The notes beneath the pieces were generated by a model that saw only the letters and a program-made list of their open reading frames with translations, was not told the DNA's origin and searched no databases. A stretch of 61,423 bases of DNA from a virus. Lineage: Duplodnaviria > Caudoviricetes. Of the stretch, positions 47,330 through 56,534 are shown piece after piece. The number at the start of each line of letters is the position of its first letter. Position 1 is the first letter of the stretch. The position numbers and the translations under genes were made by a program. The DNA lies in IMG/VR virus record IMGVR_UViG_3300037423_001240, positions 1-61,423 of that record; one strand, written 5' to 3'.

Positions 47330-47601
47330 GCGGCCTCCGGTGCAGGCGGAGCGTCGTCGCTGGCAGACGTAGCTGCCGGTGGGTTCGGCATCGCAACGCC
47401 ACGCACCGCGATCTCGCAGACAGCGCCGTGGCCAGTGCTGACAAGCTGAGGAGCGCCGAGGACGGCGGACGGGTTCACGCTGGCAAGCCACGTGCGGACG
47501 GCTCGCTCAGCAGCAGGCCCCGACTCGGCGAAAGGTCCGTCGACTTCGGCGCGTGCGTGGATCACATCCGCGCTCTCGCCGCGGTAGAACTTTAGTCGCA
47601 T
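47326..47601 (-). CDS. Hypothetical protein
   Basis: TGATG-coupled. Confidence 0.5.
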   Translation of the reverse strand: MRLKFYRGESADVIHARAEVDGPFAESGPAAERAVRTWLASVNPSAVLGAPQLVSTGHGAVCEIAVRGVAMPNPPAATSASDDAPPAPEAA

Positions 47602-48059
47602 CACGAACTCACTTTCCGCAGCACGAAACGAGCGCGCTGCAAGTTGCGGTAGAGGACGCCGCGGGCAATGCCAATACGCGGGTCCAACCCCGCACGACGT
47701 TTGTGGTCGACGTATCGAGGCGATAGCGGGCGAAGCGTCACGTCGCCGCCTTGTGTGTCGAACCGGCGCATGATCACGCCTTTGACCGTGGCGCCGAGTA
47801 CGCGGGAAGCGGCATCGAAGTTGAGCGCGTTGCCGCGCTTGCTCAGCACCGTTCCAAGGTTCCGCTTCCACTCAGCGAGGATCGCGGTGCGCATAGCCGG
47901 GGTGACTTCAAAGAACGGACGTCCCGTCGCCGTCAACAGATCGAGCTTCATCCGAGACGGCTCGGTGATGCCTTCCACGAACACGACGTATCGACCGCCG
48001 ATGTAGCGAAGGAACTGTTCGAGCTTGCGAATGGGCTCGAGGTTGACGCGGACAGGCAT
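47601..48059 (-). CDS. Virion morphogenesis/tail completion-like protein
   Basis: PLSPRY..K..G.D.R.G..G.L motif. Confidence 0.5.
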   Translation of the reverse strand: MPVRVNLEPIRKLEQFLRYIGGRYVVFVEGITEPSRMKLDLLTATGRPFFEVTPAMRTAILAEWKRNLGTVLSKRGNALNFDAASRVLGATVKGVIMRRFDTQGGDVTLRPLSPRYVDHKRRAGLDPRIGIARGVLYRNLQRARFVLRKVSS

Positions 48060-48066
48060 GGTCGTC

Positions 48067-48603
48067 TTACGGCGAATGATTCGTCGCGGGATCGATCGTC
48101 ACGAGGATCGGCCAGCGCGTCACGCTGAGGATGCGTCCGCCGCCGAGGTCTTCGATTGCCGTCGCGCCATCGCGCTTCATCATCGCCCACTCAACGCCGC
48201 CCGACGACGAGGTCGGATCGGACATGAATGCGCGCTGGATCATCGCAGCCTCCGAGATGGCGCGCTTGCGTGCGTTCAGGACCGCCGTCGCGGCGACCTC
48301 ACTCCCCGTCGTATCAACGTTGCCGCTCGCCCCTGGTCCGCTCACATACCCGATGTTCATCGCGAGCATGACGAGGCGATTCGCAGCCCCGTCCTTCGCG
48401 TTGTATGGCGCGCCGAAGTCTTCGTCGCTCTGCCACTCCAGTTCGTATCCGCGATCGAAGATGTTCGGTGGGTAGTTCAGATCACGAAGCGGTGCGTTCG
48501 ATGCGCTGCGACGGAAGCGACCGGAAGTCAGCGGACGAGACCCTGTGCCTTGCTCCATGCGGCCCACGATCCAGGCTTCGATCGGGTCGAGGAAGTCGGA
48601 CAT
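48067..48603 (-). CDS. Tail terminator-position protein
   Basis: Gene order in the neck region. Confidence 0.5.
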   Translation of the reverse strand: MSDFLDPIEAWIVGRMEQGTGSRPLTSGRFRRSASNAPLRDLNYPPNIFDRGYELEWQSDEDFGAPYNAKDGAANRLVMLAMNIGYVSGPGASGNVDTTGSEVAATAVLNARKRAISEAAMIQRAFMSDPTSSSGGVEWAMMKRDGATAIEDLGGGRILSVTRWPILVTIDPATNHSP

Positions 48604-48610
48604 GGTGCGC

Positions 48611-49090
48611 CTACTGCTGTGTTCGCTGAACGGTGAGCATCACGCGGAGCGGTCGCGTCGCATCGACTCCGCCTGGGGCGATCACGAAGTTCTCGCCAGC
48701 ATCATCGAACTCGTTGCCGCCTGCGAGCTTCACGAGCACCCGCATCGTCGTGTCGACCTGCGTCGGCGCGAGTTGTGCGATCGTATAGCCGCCAGCCGAG
48801 AACGCCGGTGTAATCGGCCCGATCACGTACGACTCAGCGGACAGTGACGCTCCAGAATTGGAAGCTGCGCCTCCGCCGAAGTACGACGGGGTCGATGCGG
48901 CACGCGACACCTTTGGCGACGGTGACAGCACAGTCTCTGACGCGCTCACGAGCGTCGCGCCCGCCGTTCCGTATGCGGCGCTCCAGGTCTCGACGCGAAT
49001 CGTGACCGTCGTCGGCCGCATGCCGAGGCTGTCGACAGCACGGCGCCCGACATCGGCAGCGCGGCGGAAGCGGTCCAGTGGGCTGGTCAT
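48611..49090 (-). CDS. Head closure-position protein
   Basis: Gene order; beta-rich. Confidence 0.5.
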   Translation of the reverse strand: MTSPLDRFRRAADVGRRAVDSLGMRPTTVTIRVETWSAAYGTAGATLVSASETVLSPSPKVSRAASTPSYFGGGAASNSGASLSAESYVIGPITPAFSAGGYTIAQLAPTQVDTTMRVLVKLAGGNEFDDAGENFVIAPGGVDATRPLRVMLTVQRTQQ

Positions 49091-49093
49091 CGG

Positions 49094-49435
49094 CTACGGT
49101 TGTGCCGCGCGCCCGATCGGCCCATGCACGTCGAGCTTGCCCGCGGCAGTGTTGCCGTAGACGCGCAGGTAGAGATCGGGCGCAAGGTCGATCGCCCATG
49201 GGATGTTGGCGCGAAGTTGGATCGAAAACGTGGCCGCCGCACTCGGCTGCGTCGATGCGAGCGCTGCCGCCGCAGTCAGTCCCGTTGCGCCGAACTTCAC
49301 CACGCAGTCCTGCGTGGCGCACAGCACATAGCTACCACTCACGATGCTCTGCTCGTTCGTACTCGCGCCGCTGGTGAAGTCGACCGTGAACGGTCGGATC
49401 GTCGCGTAGTTCGTTCCGTCGATGGCGTTGGACAT
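49094..49435 (-). CDS. Virion structural protein
   Basis: RBS GAGGT; A/T-rich beta protein. Confidence 0.55.
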   Translation of the reverse strand: MSNAIDGTNYATIRPFTVDFTSGASTNEQSIVSGSYVLCATQDCVVKFGATGLTAAAALASTQPSAAATFSIQLRANIPWAIDLAPDLYLRVYGNTAAGKLDVHGPIGRAAQP

Positions 49436-49442
49436 GATGATC

Positions 49443-50045
49443 TCAATAGACCTCGAAGCCGCCGCTGCTCGGCGCCTTCTGTGCTGCGTACTCGGCAAGA
49501 CCGATGCGTCGGGCGAGTTCCATTCGGAGCGCGTACTGGCTCCGCATCAGCTGCGTTGCCTGATTGCCGCCGTCGTTCGGCCCGAAGAACTCGACCTCAT
49601 CAGCGCGCTTGATGCCCGATGAATCAAGTGATGTCGTGATCGTGTCTTCGAGCCTGGAGAGGTCGAAGAGGATTCCGCGGACGATCGTCAGCGGGCTTTC
49701 GATCTCTACGGGATACGTCCCACTGTGCGCCTTGCGCGCATTGATGCCGACGACGTTGCCGCTGAGGCTCTTGATCGTGCACGTCTCGCGCTGACCATCG
49801 ACGTCGAGCACGATCTTGATCCCAACAGACAGACCAGTAGCCGAAGCGACGGTGATCGTCGTCGCCCCGGCTCCAGTGATCGCCGTCGAACTCGACGTTG
49901 CTGGCGTGTCCGACGACTTCACGTAGTCGCGAACCGTGTTGAAGACGGGGTGAAAGCCGATGTACGGCTCCGCACCCACGTCGACAACATGGTCCCAGCA
50001 CTCGGTTTTGATCCGAGCGATTTCGTCATCGGTGAGCGTCGACAC
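49443..50045 (-). CDS. Head-tail adaptor-like protein
   Basis: LTDDEIARIK helical N-terminus with inserted beta domain; after capsid. Confidence 0.55.
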   Translation of the reverse strand: MSTLTDDEIARIKTECWDHVVDVGAEPYIGFHPVFNTVRDYVKSSDTPATSSSTAITGAGATTITVASATGLSVGIKIVLDVDGQRETCTIKSLSGNVVGINARKAHSGTYPVEIESPLTIVRGILFDLSRLEDTITTSLDSSGIKRADEVEFFGPNDGGNQATQLMRSQYALRMELARRIGLAEYAAQKAPSSGGFEVY

Positions 50046-50051
50046 GTGGCT

Positions 50052-50453
50052 TTACTCGAGGTCGTTGAACTGCAAGAACTTGCAGTCGACCGCGGTGAGA
50101 TCGCCCGCAGCAGTCGGCGCGCCAGAGAGCGTGATGACAGGACGAACGTACTTCCACGACCCGACGCCATCAGGGGCGGGGATCGCCCTCGTAGCCGTCG
50201 CGGTGATCGTTACTTCGGCCGCGTTGTTCGGCAGCTTGAGATCATAGAACGTGCTGTTGTCGTCGCTAACCTGCCACTTGAACGTAGCAACGACGCTGCC
50301 GGTGACGATGGTGACCGCGACCTTCGCGACGAGCGACCCAGGGTGAATCTGGTTCGTCGTGAGGGCGGTGCCGTTGCGCGCAGTGTCCTGCGCGCTAGTT
50401 GCCGATGCGAGCGCGGCGAGCGAACGCCGTGCCCCTTCGTTGATGAATGCCAT
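50052..50453 (-). CDS. Capsid-associated/decoration protein
   Basis: Directly after the capsid gene; jelly-roll-like Q.S.D..T..D..YVR. Confidence 0.55.
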   Translation of the reverse strand: MAFINEGARRSLAALASATSAQDTARNGTALTTNQIHPGSLVAKVAVTIVTGSVVATFKWQVSDDNSTFYDLKLPNNAAEVTITATATRAIPAPDGVGSWKYVRPVITLSGAPTAAGDLTAVDCKFLQFNDLE

Positions 50454-50476
50454 GTTGTGTCCTGGTCTCGCTCGAA

Positions 50477-51592
50477 TCAGTCGGAGCGGAGAGAGATGGC
50501 GAAGCGGTTGTCGAGCACCTGGAACCCCTCGTCAGCCATCCAGAGCAGGCTCACGCGCTGTCCGAAGTTCGTGTCGTCCGAGGGCTGCACACGCAGGCCC
50601 TTGCTGCCGATGCCGTACGCAAGGACACCAGGGCCGAACAACACGCCGCGCTGCACGGTGATCGTGCTGTTCGCGGTCGCCGTCGGGTTCGTCTGGCTGA
50701 CGAAGAAGTCCGTCATGCCGATGGTGCCGATGTACTTCGAGTAGATCGGGTTCTTGTCCGTGTGGAACTGAACCATCTTCTCGTAGCGAGAATTGGTCTT
50801 CATCTGCCGCTGCTGCTTCGGCGAGATGACAGCGCAGTAGCGACCGTTCGCGAAGGTCGGGATCTTCGCGTCGAGCGCCATCTGCTCCGCGCGGAAGCAC
50901 GACTCGAGGTCCCACGAGCGGTCGCCCGCCGAGAGGAACGCCGAGTCGTCGGACGACAGCGTGAGGTTCGGATCGCCTGGGTAGCAGTACGACGTGGTCG
51001 CCGCAGCGGGGGCGGTCAACAGCTTCAGCGCGACGACGCTATCGACGAACTTCATACGGTCGCGACGGAGGTGCTTCTGCACCTTGTCGATCAGATCGTC
51101 GTTCGCCTTGTCGAGATCGAAGTCCTCAATCACGTGCGGGCCAACGGCCGATGCGCCGCTGCTGTACGGACCCGCGAAGCGCTCGATGGTGAGCGCCACC
51201 TGCTCGCCGGTCAGGTCGACCGCGGTCGTGCCGATTGTCGCGCGCGTTACACGACGGCTCGCCTCGGTGTACGTGGTGTCGCTGTACACCGTGCGGTTCA
51301 TCTTCACGGTCGAGCCCTGGCCAACAGCGAAGCGTTCGACAGAGACCGCTTCGGAAAGCAGTCCTGCCGGATTCAGTCCGCCCGGCATCGCCTGCACGTC
51401 GGGGGTCGTGGCACCGCTGCCTGCGAAGCTGCGGTTGCCGACGCTGACAGCACCGCTCGCCTTCAGCTCCGACTCTGCGACGGCGCCGAAGATGAGGTTG
51501 GCGTAGAAGTAATCGGGCTCGGGCGGGAGGAGGATCTTGTCAGAGAGCTTGTCGAGGAATGCCTGCGGAAGAGTCAGTCGAGAGAGAGACAT
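50477..51592 (-). CDS. Major capsid protein
   Basis: 371 aa after scaffold; P-domain-like YCAVISP..IGTIG and DFG-type C-terminus. Confidence 0.75.
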   Translation of the reverse strand: MSLSRLTLPQAFLDKLSDKILLPPEPDYFYANLIFGAVAESELKASGAVSVGNRSFAGSGATTPDVQAMPGGLNPAGLLSEAVSVERFAVGQGSTVKMNRTVYSDTTYTEASRRVTRATIGTTAVDLTGEQVALTIERFAGPYSSGASAVGPHVIEDFDLDKANDDLIDKVQKHLRRDRMKFVDSVVALKLLTAPAAATTSYCYPGDPNLTLSSDDSAFLSAGDRSWDLESCFRAEQMALDAKIPTFANGRYCAVISPKQQRQMKTNSRYEKMVQFHTDKNPIYSKYIGTIGMTDFFVSQTNPTATANSTITVQRGVLFGPGVLAYGIGSKGLRVQPSDDTNFGQRVSLLWMADEGFQVLDNRFAISLRSD

Positions 51593-51644
51593 GGAGAAGG
51601 CCGTGCGCGGCGCGTCCTAGGCGACCGCGAGGAGAGAAACGGGT

Positions 51645-52307
51645 TCAGTTCGAGGCGGTGTGCTTGCGCTCGCCTGCTTCGATGGCGGCGCGGTTCGAGT
51701 CACGGAGCGAGGCGGCACGGGTGCTTAGACCCTTGTCACGAAGAGCCTTCCAATCGAGGTACATCGCGACGTCGGGATCGTTGGTCGGCGAGGCGGCGGG
51801 AGCCGCGATCGTCGGCGCGGTGCTGGCGAGGGCAGGGAGTGGCGACGGCGGGTTGAGCGCCCCAGCCTCTCGAAGCAGCGAGACCGCTTCGAGCTGCTTC
51901 ACCGGATCGGTGCCTGCGCGTTTGATGACGGCGTTACGCGTGGCTTCGGGGAGCGCAGCGAGCGTCGTATCGGCGTGCACCTTCAGTGCGGCCGTTTGCG
52001 CTTCGATTGTCGCTTGCGCGGCGGTGTACTTCGCGCCGAGTTCGGCGACGGTGGCGGCGGATTGCGCTTGGCCGTTTGCTGCGCGCGCAGCAATGCGTGC
52101 GTGCGGGCTGACGTACGGCTTGTCGGCCGGCTTCGGCGCTTCGGGTGCCGCTGGCTGGGCGCTCACGGGTGTAGCGCTTGCGGGCGCGGTGGCGACTGCC
52201 GCGGGTGCGGCTGGCTGTGCCTGCGCCACGGGAGCAGACGGGGGCGTTGCGACGGCGGGCGGAGCCGCTGCCGGCTGCGCCCCCGTCGGATTCACGGAAT
52301 CACTCAT
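51645..52307 (-). CDS. Scaffolding protein
   Basis: A/P-rich disordered N-terminus plus coiled coil, upstream of capsid. Confidence 0.65.
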   Translation of the reverse strand: MSDSVNPTGAQPAAAPPAVATPPSAPVAQAQPAAPAAVATAPASATPVSAQPAAPEAPKPADKPYVSPHARIAARAANGQAQSAATVAELGAKYTAAQATIEAQTAALKVHADTTLAALPEATRNAVIKRAGTDPVKQLEAVSLLREAGALNPPSPLPALASTAPTIAAPAASPTNDPDVAMYLDWKALRDKGLSTRAASLRDSNRAAIEAGERKHTASN

Positions 52308-52324
52308 GTGATGGTCTCGTTTCG

Positions 52325-52624
52325 TTACGCCGCCATCGGCGGCATCGGCGGAGGCGGCGCGGAATCGTCCGCATCACCGGCACCGAGTTCACTGGCCAGC
52401 ACCGTGGTCTTCGCGTCGTCCGCTTCGACATCGATGTCGCCGTTGTCTGCGAACGAGAGCGTGAGGGCTCCTGTGCTCTCGATCGCCGCTTTCATGTCGG
52501 GGTCGCTGAGGGCCACATCCAACGCAGCCTTCGCCGCGTCGATGACAGCCTTCGCGCCCTCGCCTTCCGCTGGTTCTGCGGCAGGCATCTCACCTGCCGG
52601 TGCAATCGGCATGTCCATGCTCAT
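52325..52624 (-). CDS. Acidic hypothetical protein
   Basis: TGATG-coupled. Confidence 0.55.
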   Translation of the reverse strand: MSMDMPIAPAGEMPAAEPAEGEGAKAVIDAAKAALDVALSDPDMKAAIESTGALTLSFADNGDIDVEADDAKTTVLASELGAGDADDSAPPPPMPPMAA

Positions 52625-53013
52625 CACGTCACGTCGCAGACGACTTTGACGCCGAACGGGATCACGAGAGCCGATGCCGCCACGGTGGCATTCGCCGACC
52701 ACGCCGCCGTGGTCTTCGGCGTCAACGACACGGTGCTGCCCGAGATGCTGACGGTGCCCGCGTACTCGGTGCTGGACGACTGCGCGCACTGCGGGACGCA
52801 TGCCGAGCGGGGCGTGAGCGTCTCACCGCTACGAAGTCCGTGCACCGCGGCGCTCGATAGGTCGAAGTCGAGGGTGTCGGTTCCACCCGCGACCTGAGTC
52901 GCGCCGTTGGTGGCGTAGAGAGTGAGGATGATGCGGTTGATTGATCCGCTCGGACCGGCCTTGTGGACACGCTCGATCACGCGATCGACCATTACTGCTG
53001 CGACTGCTGCCAT
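52624..53013 (-). CDS. Virion structural protein
   Basis: T/S/A-rich beta protein in the head region. Confidence 0.55.
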   Translation of the reverse strand: MAAVAAVMVDRVIERVHKAGPSGSINRIILTLYATNGATQVAGGTDTLDFDLSSAAVHGLRSGETLTPRSACVPQCAQSSSTEYAGTVSISGSTVSLTPKTTAAWSANATVAASALVIPFGVKVVCDVT

Positions 53014-53025
53014 GTGAGTTGCTCG

Positions 53026-53196
53026 TTACCGGCGCGGCTTGCGCGACGGCGAAACTGGTTCAGTGGGTGCGGGAGGATCAGACTTCGGTGCGGGCTCTTG
53101 AGCAGGCTCCCAGTCCTGCCCGCCGCATCCGGCGCACGCGTGGGCGGTGATGCCGCTCCACCCGCACGCCTGACATTTCACGGTCGTTTCATTCAT
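53026..53196 (-). CDS. Small zinc-ribbon protein
   Basis: CQACG..CAGCG; ATGA-coupled. Confidence 0.5.
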   Translation of the reverse strand: MNETTVKCQACGWSGITAHACAGCGGQDWEPAQEPAPKSDPPAPTEPVSPSRKPRR

Positions 53197-53780
53197 CGTG
53201 TGTTCGCTCTCACGGTCACTCGACCGCGGTCGTTGATCGCGTCGCGGAGCTTCCCGGTGCGCTGGCCGACGCGGCTGTCGAAGCCGTGGGCCAGCTTCCA
53301 TCGCGAGTAGCTGGACGCATTCGCTGCGATCGGTACATCGCGGAGCTTGTTGTCGATGCGCGCGACGATGGTGGACAGGATTGCTTCGGCGGCCGTCTCG
53401 CGGAATTCGAGGGAGAGCGGGATCGCGTCGGAGTTCTCGTACTCCGCCATGAGCGCCGCTTTAACTCGCTCCCTCAGGCGCTTCGAATCCGCCGCGAAGT
53501 CCTTGTCTCGATCGGCGAGGTAGCCGAGGACCTCGTCGAAACTCACGCCACTGCGGTACCCACCGGGCACGTGGAGCGAGAACTCCATCGTCTTGGTGAA
53601 GCGCTCGATCGCCGCGTAGATAACCCTGCGCAGTTCACGTTCCACACGCCGCTGTGCAGCTGCCTGTGCGTCGCGCGGAGCAGTTTGGTTAGGAGCTGGC
53701 CCGATCGTTTTGGGCGCGTCAGAGACGAGTGACCGGATCCACTCCGGCACCCTAACGCCATCGTCGATAGGCGACGGCAC
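53193..53780 (-). CDS. Virion morphogenesis-like protein
   Basis: NASSY..WK..GFD.R.GQRTGKL. Confidence 0.5.
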   Translation of the reverse strand: MPSPIDDGVRVPEWIRSLVSDAPKTIGPAPNQTAPRDAQAAAQRRVERELRRVIYAAIERFTKTMEFSLHVPGGYRSGVSFDEVLGYLADRDKDFAADSKRLRERVKAALMAEYENSDAIPLSLEFRETAAEAILSTIVARIDNKLRDVPIAANASSYSRWKLAHGFDSRVGQRTGKLRDAINDRGRVTVRANTR

Positions 53781-54488
53781 TTACGCAGCGATGCGCCACT
53801 CGCCGTCGCAGATCGCGAACGGACGCGGCGGAGACGTGTCGAGAGACGACCCGCCGTACTGCGCTTCGATCTCACGCGCGTGTGCGAGCTTGTCGGGGAT
53901 ACGCTGGCCGCACGGCTGCGACGTCGACCACAGTTCAAGGTTCTCTAGGCGGTTGTCGTCACGGACGCCGTTCTTATGGTGAACGTTCTCGTGCGGCGCC
54001 AGCGGTCGACCCAGGTGACGCTCCATGACGACGCGGTGCTCAGCGCGTGTTCGGCCCCCGGTTTGGATCTTCCGGTAGCCGCCCGGGTCGGTCCACCCAG
54101 ATCCCTTGGGAGCGAACTTTCTTACGGGCGAGAATGCGGGTAAGCCAGCCAGAATGCGTTGCCGAGTAACGACGTAGTGACTCCGGCACGCTCCTTTCGC
54201 CGATGCCTTGTTGGTGCACCCTGGGATCATGCATGGGCTCGGCGTGCCTCTCGGCGGCCTGTTCATGTCCGAGCCGGTCTTCAGACGGATGGCGTGCATG
54301 CCGCAGTACCCATGGGCCTTATGCGGCTTTCCGCACCCCTCGATGTTGCACACCCTCGGCGGCAAGCCACGGTGCGCACCTAGCGGCGGTGTCAGATCTT
54401 GGCCCTTCCGAGCGCGCTCACGATGGCCTGCGCAGAATCCTCTCGATGTGTGCGGGCGCTCGCACCCCTCCACACTGCATGTTCTCAC
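53781..54488 (-). CDS. HNH endonuclease with three zinc-finger repeats
   Basis: 3x C...GC......G.C..H; EHR.VME..VHHKNG.RDDNR.ENL. Confidence 0.9.
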   Translation of the reverse strand: MRTCSVEGCERPHTSRGFCAGHRERARKGQDLTPPLGAHRGLPPRVCNIEGCGKPHKAHGYCGMHAIRLKTGSDMNRPPRGTPSPCMIPGCTNKASAKGACRSHYVVTRQRILAGLPAFSPVRKFAPKGSGWTDPGGYRKIQTGGRTRAEHRVVMERHLGRPLAPHENVHHKNGVRDDNRLENLELWSTSQPCGQRIPDKLAHAREIEAQYGGSSLDTSPPRPFAICDGEWRIAA

Positions 54489-56533
54489 GCTGCGCTCTCG
54501 CTTTCCGCGGCCGGTACGTCACCCGGCTCACTCTTCGCCCCGATCCCCACTGGACTGCCTTTGACCACACGCCCCGCAGCGTTCTCGGCGAGCACGTTGT
54601 CGAGCATGCGCGACTTGGCGTTGTGCGATGCCTTGAGGCTCGCGTGCTCAGCTTGCAGTTCGGCGTGCGCCTGAGCGACACCGGCATGCTGCGGGAGGGG
54701 CGAAACGATGGCGTTGATCTGTTCGTGGGTGAGGCTCGGGAACGCTGCCGCGATCATCGCGCGTGCAGTCTCGACCGGCATCGTCCCTGCGACAGCCGAC
54801 TCGATGATCGACTGAAGCGACGCGACCTGCGCGCCGTTCATCGCGGTATCTGCGACAGCCACGTCGGCAACTGGTGCTGGTGCGTCGTTGCCGAGCGCAG
54901 AGTTCAAGAGCGCGTGCGCCGCTTCACCGGCTGCCGCGTGCTGGCCGGTCAGCTTCGCAACGTACGCATCGACGTCACGGATGCCGAGCAGTGGCGCGAC
55001 AAGGCGCACCGACTCTTCGATCGTCAGCACCGGTTGGTCGCCATTCCCCAGACGCGCAGACCCAATCGCATTCTGCACGTCCTGCCACGTCGGTTCGAAG
55101 TATTCGCCCCAGGTGAGGGACGCCGGGATACCGAGCCACACGGGGACATCGCTCCCCATGACCCGCACGAAGCACTTGCCCAGGGCAGGCATCGCGTCGT
55201 CGAGCGACGCGAGCAGCACACCCATGCCCCGCGCCTTCGCCACACACGCAATGCGAATGAGCATCGCGACGATCTCGAGGAGCAGCGGCCCGTACTCTTC
55301 GCGGAGGTTGTCCGCGACGCCGAGCATCGGCTCGAAGATCTGGCGCAGGAGGGCTGCCGACGCGTTGGCAGAGATGGTCTCAGGGGACGCGATCACGATG
55401 GACCGCGCTTCCCTGATCGTCTTCGTCAGCCCGTCGATGTCAGCGGTGAGGATCTGCGCGCCCGCACCAGAACTCTCCAGCATCTTGGCGTCGCCGCCCT
55501 GCGGCACATCCCAGAAGCGGCCAGGGCCTTTCTTCGTGGCGGCGCCATTCGGCGTCCATCGACCCGTAACCTTGTCGACAAACTGCGAGAACCACGAGGA
55601 CGGTGCTGGTCCGCTCGGATTCGCAGTTCGCCCCACGTCACCCATCGGAGATGCCTGCTGCCCGAATCCCACCCTTACAATCTGCGGCTCGCCGTTGTAA
55701 CGCCCGTTGCGGTGCCGCTGGGACATCGCCATGTCGAGCGCGAAGATCTCGTCTTCGAGGCCAGCAAAGAGCGCGGACCCGTCGATGGGGTCGCTATCGC
55801 TCACGTCCGGCTGGTTGCGGTGCCAGAGTGCGGGAACAAAACCGAAGCCGTGCGCGGTGACGCGTGTCGGCTTGTGGATGATCCAGTCGGGTTCGTAGCC
55901 TTCCTTGTCCGTCGGCACGCCCTGCCACACGGAGTCAGACTGGCGATCGATCAGACGCCGGTACCAGACGATGATCGGGTTGCCGTTACGGTCACACTCG
56001 CCACTCTCGTAGCGGTACCGGTAGTCGATGCTTTCAAGCTCACCGCAGTCATCGCGCGTCGGTTCGCAGTACTTCGCAGGGAGCAGCTCGAGGCGCGGCT
56101 TGCCTTTCGAGATAGAGCAGACCGGGACGACGGAACCCGTCATCAGGCCCTGCTCCAAGGCCATGCGCATGCCGACGCGGAGCGAGGCTTTATCTACAAC
56201 CTCGCTCCATAGCTTCGAGAGTGCGCTGCGCTCATCATCGCTGAAGCTGACCCCGTAGCTCTTCGCGTCGATCGATGCGGTCGGGAAGCGAGAGTTACCG
56301 AACACAAGGTCGCACAGACGGCGACCACTGGATTCTGCGATGCTGGACTGCACGCACGGAGCGCGCTCGTTCAGCGGGACTTCGTTGTCCCAGAACGATG
56401 GGCGACCGTCGTGCTGCTCCCCCTTCCACAGACGTTCAAGGACGTCGAGTCGACGAGTCCTCGGCGAATCCGCAATGCGGCGCACGCGTGCGATCGCAGC
56501 CTTCGCGTCGTCGGTGGCGGGGGTAGGGAGCAT
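54485..56533 (-). CDS. Portal protein with C-terminal extension
   Basis: Directly after the large terminase; HGFGFVP and SAALL motifs. Confidence 0.8.
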   Translation of the reverse strand: MLPTPATDDAKAAIARVRRIADSPRTRRLDVLERLWKGEQHDGRPSFWDNEVPLNERAPCVQSSIAESSGRRLCDLVFGNSRFPTASIDAKSYGVSFSDDERSALSKLWSEVVDKASLRVGMRMALEQGLMTGSVVPVCSISKGKPRLELLPAKYCEPTRDDCGELESIDYRYRYESGECDRNGNPIIVWYRRLIDRQSDSVWQGVPTDKEGYEPDWIIHKPTRVTAHGFGFVPALWHRNQPDVSDSDPIDGSALFAGLEDEIFALDMAMSQRHRNGRYNGEPQIVRVGFGQQASPMGDVGRTANPSGPAPSSWFSQFVDKVTGRWTPNGAATKKGPGRFWDVPQGGDAKMLESSGAGAQILTADIDGLTKTIREARSIVIASPETISANASAALLRQIFEPMLGVADNLREEYGPLLLEIVAMLIRIACVAKARGMGVLLASLDDAMPALGKCFVRVMGSDVPVWLGIPASLTWGEYFEPTWQDVQNAIGSARLGNGDQPVLTIEESVRLVAPLLGIRDVDAYVAKLTGQHAAAGEAAHALLNSALGNDAPAPVADVAVADTAMNGAQVASLQSIIESAVAGTMPVETARAMIAAAFPSLTHEQINAIVSPLPQHAGVAQAHAELQAEHASLKASHNAKSRMLDNVLAENAAGRVVKGSPVGIGAKSEPGDVPAAESESAA

Positions 56534-56534
56534 T

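Noticed and set aside
50447-56212. Long antisense ORFs (469 aa and 669 aa; also 17079-18371)
   Set aside because: Shadows of capsid, portal and RecT caused by rare TTA/CTA/TCA codons in high-GC genes.
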